A stretch of 63,245 bases of DNA, the filler included, from Asterionella formosa (Eukaryota), in the NCBI GenBank assembly GCA_002256025.1. It is 10 parts of 10 records of this genome, joined end to end, with 100 filler letters (N's around TTAATTAATTAA, not from the genome) between each part and the next. Parts side by side here need not be neighbours in the genome. Positions count along the whole stretch, not along the records: positions 57,024 to 63,245 come from NKIB01012780.1; 9 more parts are not named here. One strand, 5' to 3'. A program made the position numbers and the translations under genes. The notes below the pieces were generated by a model. It worked only from the letters and a program-made list of their open reading frames with translations, made no database searches and was not told the DNA's origin. Shown piece by piece: positions 60,860 through 63,245 of the stretch; position 1 is the first letter of the stretch, and every line of letters starts with the position of its first letter.

Positions 60860-61180
60860 TACACCCGGGTACTACATAGCATAATAACCTACTTAGTATA
60901 TACCGGTAGAGTAACAACGTAAAAACTGGGGGGCATACCCCATGCCCAGCAATGCTACCAGGTACCTGGTACCTGGTACCGGTACCCTGGTAACAGTAGT
61001 TAGAACCAATACCCGCATTTAAATAACGGAACATGTTTGGGCTCACACGTACGTCCCAGGTACCACTGTTGTTTACCGGTAGTACCGGTAAGTGTCGAAC
61101 CGATATCCTAATGTAGGCTCTCTGCTACCGGTACTCTATTATTTTTGGACCAAGGACCTACCGGTATTCTACGACAGGTA
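60860..61180. repeat. TA-CCWGG-TA / TA-CCGG-TA cluster upstream of the E2-like gene
   Basis: TA CCAGG TA CCTGG TA CCTGG TA CCGG TA CCCTGG TA at 60956-60992, plus several TACCGGTA units. Confidence 0.88.
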
Positions 61181-61489
61181 CATTGCAGCAGCCAAGGCTA
61201 AGGTCAAAAGTGGTGAGAAAAAAGTGAACAGCACAGATTTTCCCAAGTTTGGATTTCTCATCATATATTGTGTACAAATGATGGATGAAAATTGCTTGCA
61301 TTTTATGTCATATCCATAACCTTGTCAATAATAATGATGTAAATAGCTAAACATAGATGAAGCAATGCTGTACCCAAATAAGATACATTTGTAAACTGGT
61401 GAGGTAGAATCTATACCAGCCAGTAAAGTGAAAATTACCCTACTAATGGGTATGTATAAAGTATGTATTTACCCCCAAAACATTGAGCA

Positions 61490-61713
61490 ACATGCCAAAG
61501 GCAAGAAAACTCACCAGACACAAGCCTGATTATTTTCAAGAGATGGTAGGCAGATGTTTGCTTGCCATTGCTACTGATATAGAATTGTTGAAAGCTAATA
61601 ACTGCGGTGAAATCACCTATCATGCACTCAAAAAGTCAGTCAATGAAATGAAGGGTATGCTCCCATGGTGGACAGTTAATAAGTTTGCTCAAGTACTACC
61701 TATACAAGATTAA
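61490..61713 (+). mobile_element. N-terminal remnant of a transposase related to about 31120-31290
   Basis: MVGRCLLAIATDIELLKANNCGEITY...MLPWWT versus MIEHCLLNISTNMEVLKANNNGKLPY...LVPWVT. Confidence 0.65.
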
Positions 61714-63008
61714 ATAATAGCTATTTCAAGACCAGATGTGGTTGCATCTGTTCATATCCCAAAAGCCACCAGCATAATGAATCAAAGACAAGTGAAATAT
61801 CTGATTAATTAATGGATTTAATTAAGGCTTCTGCATTTGCTTGAACCCCTAGCCCGAGGTAGGTTTAAATAAATGAAGTCAGAGTTGTCAAACATACACT
61901 TCTTACTAGTAAAATATAAATGCGTATCGCTAAACGGAGCTTTCACCAATTTACACCATTTCCATATGCTTAAATACAGTCATGGATCAAAGTAGGGGTA
62001 TAGGTGAATGCTATATAACGTCAGGATATAGTGCAGAAAGGAACTTTGGATTTTTACTATGCTGAATAAAGTGGATTTTACTGGGCCAAACGGTTTATTC
62101 GGCCAACTAAATAAATAAACCGATGCTCCTTACTACACTTTCTTACCGACACTTACCTTCTGGGACTTAATGAAGAATACCTATGTAATTAATTCTTCTT
62201 CAAACCCTGCCATTGTTAAGCAATTGTCGTCCAAAAAATCGACAAAATCGGCATTTTCAACGGTCTGAACTGATCGCCGCAACGTCATCATCGGAATATG
62301 AGTCTTGTGATTCAATTTTTCGTCCAATAGTCACCTGCACAAAAGTTACATTGTAAGTGCCCGCTTCAATGTAAATATTTTGATTGGTCAAGTTGAATTA
62401 CTTACCGCCATTTATTTGGCCCGGTTTGCACGGTCTTCTTGCTGACCCACGCTGGCCACACTGGATGCACAGATAACATCTTTTTGGGTGTTGGCTGGTA
62501 CAATATCCACAATAGGAGGTAGCTTATCATCAGTGATCGTAGGCATACCAGTACTAGAATTCACCGAGTTGCATGACGCATATGTGTTGATTGTAGTATA
62601 GAGCATATGTACACGGAGAGATGTCGACTGTTTATCTGTATGTTTAGCGGATTCGAAAAGGAATCTATGTAAATACACGTAAATTTCAACTGATTTAAAT
62701 ATTTCAAATGGAATCATGATGTCATTCAAAATTATCTCATAAAAATTCGTAGTTCCAGCCAGGGAATTTCGGCAACCCTAGGCAATTTTTTAATTTTTGC
62801 CTTGGCTGGGTTTCAAATGCAGGAACCTTAATGTGAAACTGTCTAACAGCATATATGAAAGTTCCTCCTACATTGACAATGATGACGCACTCTCTCTGGT
62901 TTAGGGTTGGATAAAATGAAGAAAATAGTACTACAATGGACTTAATGACAGCTCCTCCAACCATTATCATGACTAATACTTCTTTTTGAGGTCGTCCAAA
63001 GGAAACTA

Positions 63009-63245
63009 CTGTATAATTCAGTGTTCTGGATCCCGCAAGAATGTACACTGCCATGACTAAATGTGACTGATTAAAATAAAAGGGGGTTCAAGAATATGGT
63101 GAGATTTCCCTTATAATAGACTTGAGTCAATTTTATCAGTTCTACAGAATGGCGCGCTTTTTTATAATAAATGTCATTATGATCGTTTTTTCCGTAGAGA
63201 GAAAATTGAGAAAGTTCTTCACTTTTCAAGAAAAACCCGACTTCA
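63009..63245 (-). mobile_element. One end of a diverged member of the 11955-12602 MITE family, cut by the window end
   Basis: Terminus TA|CTGTATAATTCAGTGTTCTGGATCCC. The reverse complement aligns to 12370-12602 (TGAAGTCG, GTGAAGAACT, CTGTAGAACT, TTATAAGGGAAATCTC, GGCAGTGTACATT). Confidence 0.8.

Overview
This is eukaryotic nuclear DNA, almost certainly from a diatom or related ochrophyte. The evidence is short GT-AG introns, signal peptide + 'A/S/G-F' bipartite plastid presequences, and Ty1/copia elements of the diatom CoDi type. The window is not one locus. It is ten separate contigs of 6222-6252 bp joined by an artificial 100-nt linker (N44-TTAATTAATTAA-N44), so gene order across linkers means nothing. 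Recognisable genes are a 4-exon bacterial-type aliphatic amidase (AmiE-like), a double-hotdog thioesterase, a His-box desaturase-like protein, a K+-dependent membrane pyrophosphatase, an SLC13-type transporter (partial), a HugZ/DUF2470 plastid protein, seryl-tRNA synthetase (partial), a CAMKK-like kinase, a plastid COG0523/CobW GTPase, a fasciclin membrane protein and a divergent PDH E2. Between them lie decayed copia, DIRS, Harbinger, pogo/Tigger and DDE_1 transposons, a MITE family and a Crinkler-like pseudogene. The most unusual signal is a pervasive family of short near-palindromic units, TA-[C, CAG, CCG, CCAG, CCGG, CCWGG, CCATGG]-TA. They chain into arrays just upstream of most genes and are visibly inserted into conserved motifs of dead transposon ORFs, for example two TA->TACCGGTA insertions in a copia integrase. 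I infer an ongoing TA-duplicating insertion process, most simply accumulated Tc1/mariner-superfamily excision footprints, that is rewriting promoter-proximal DNA.
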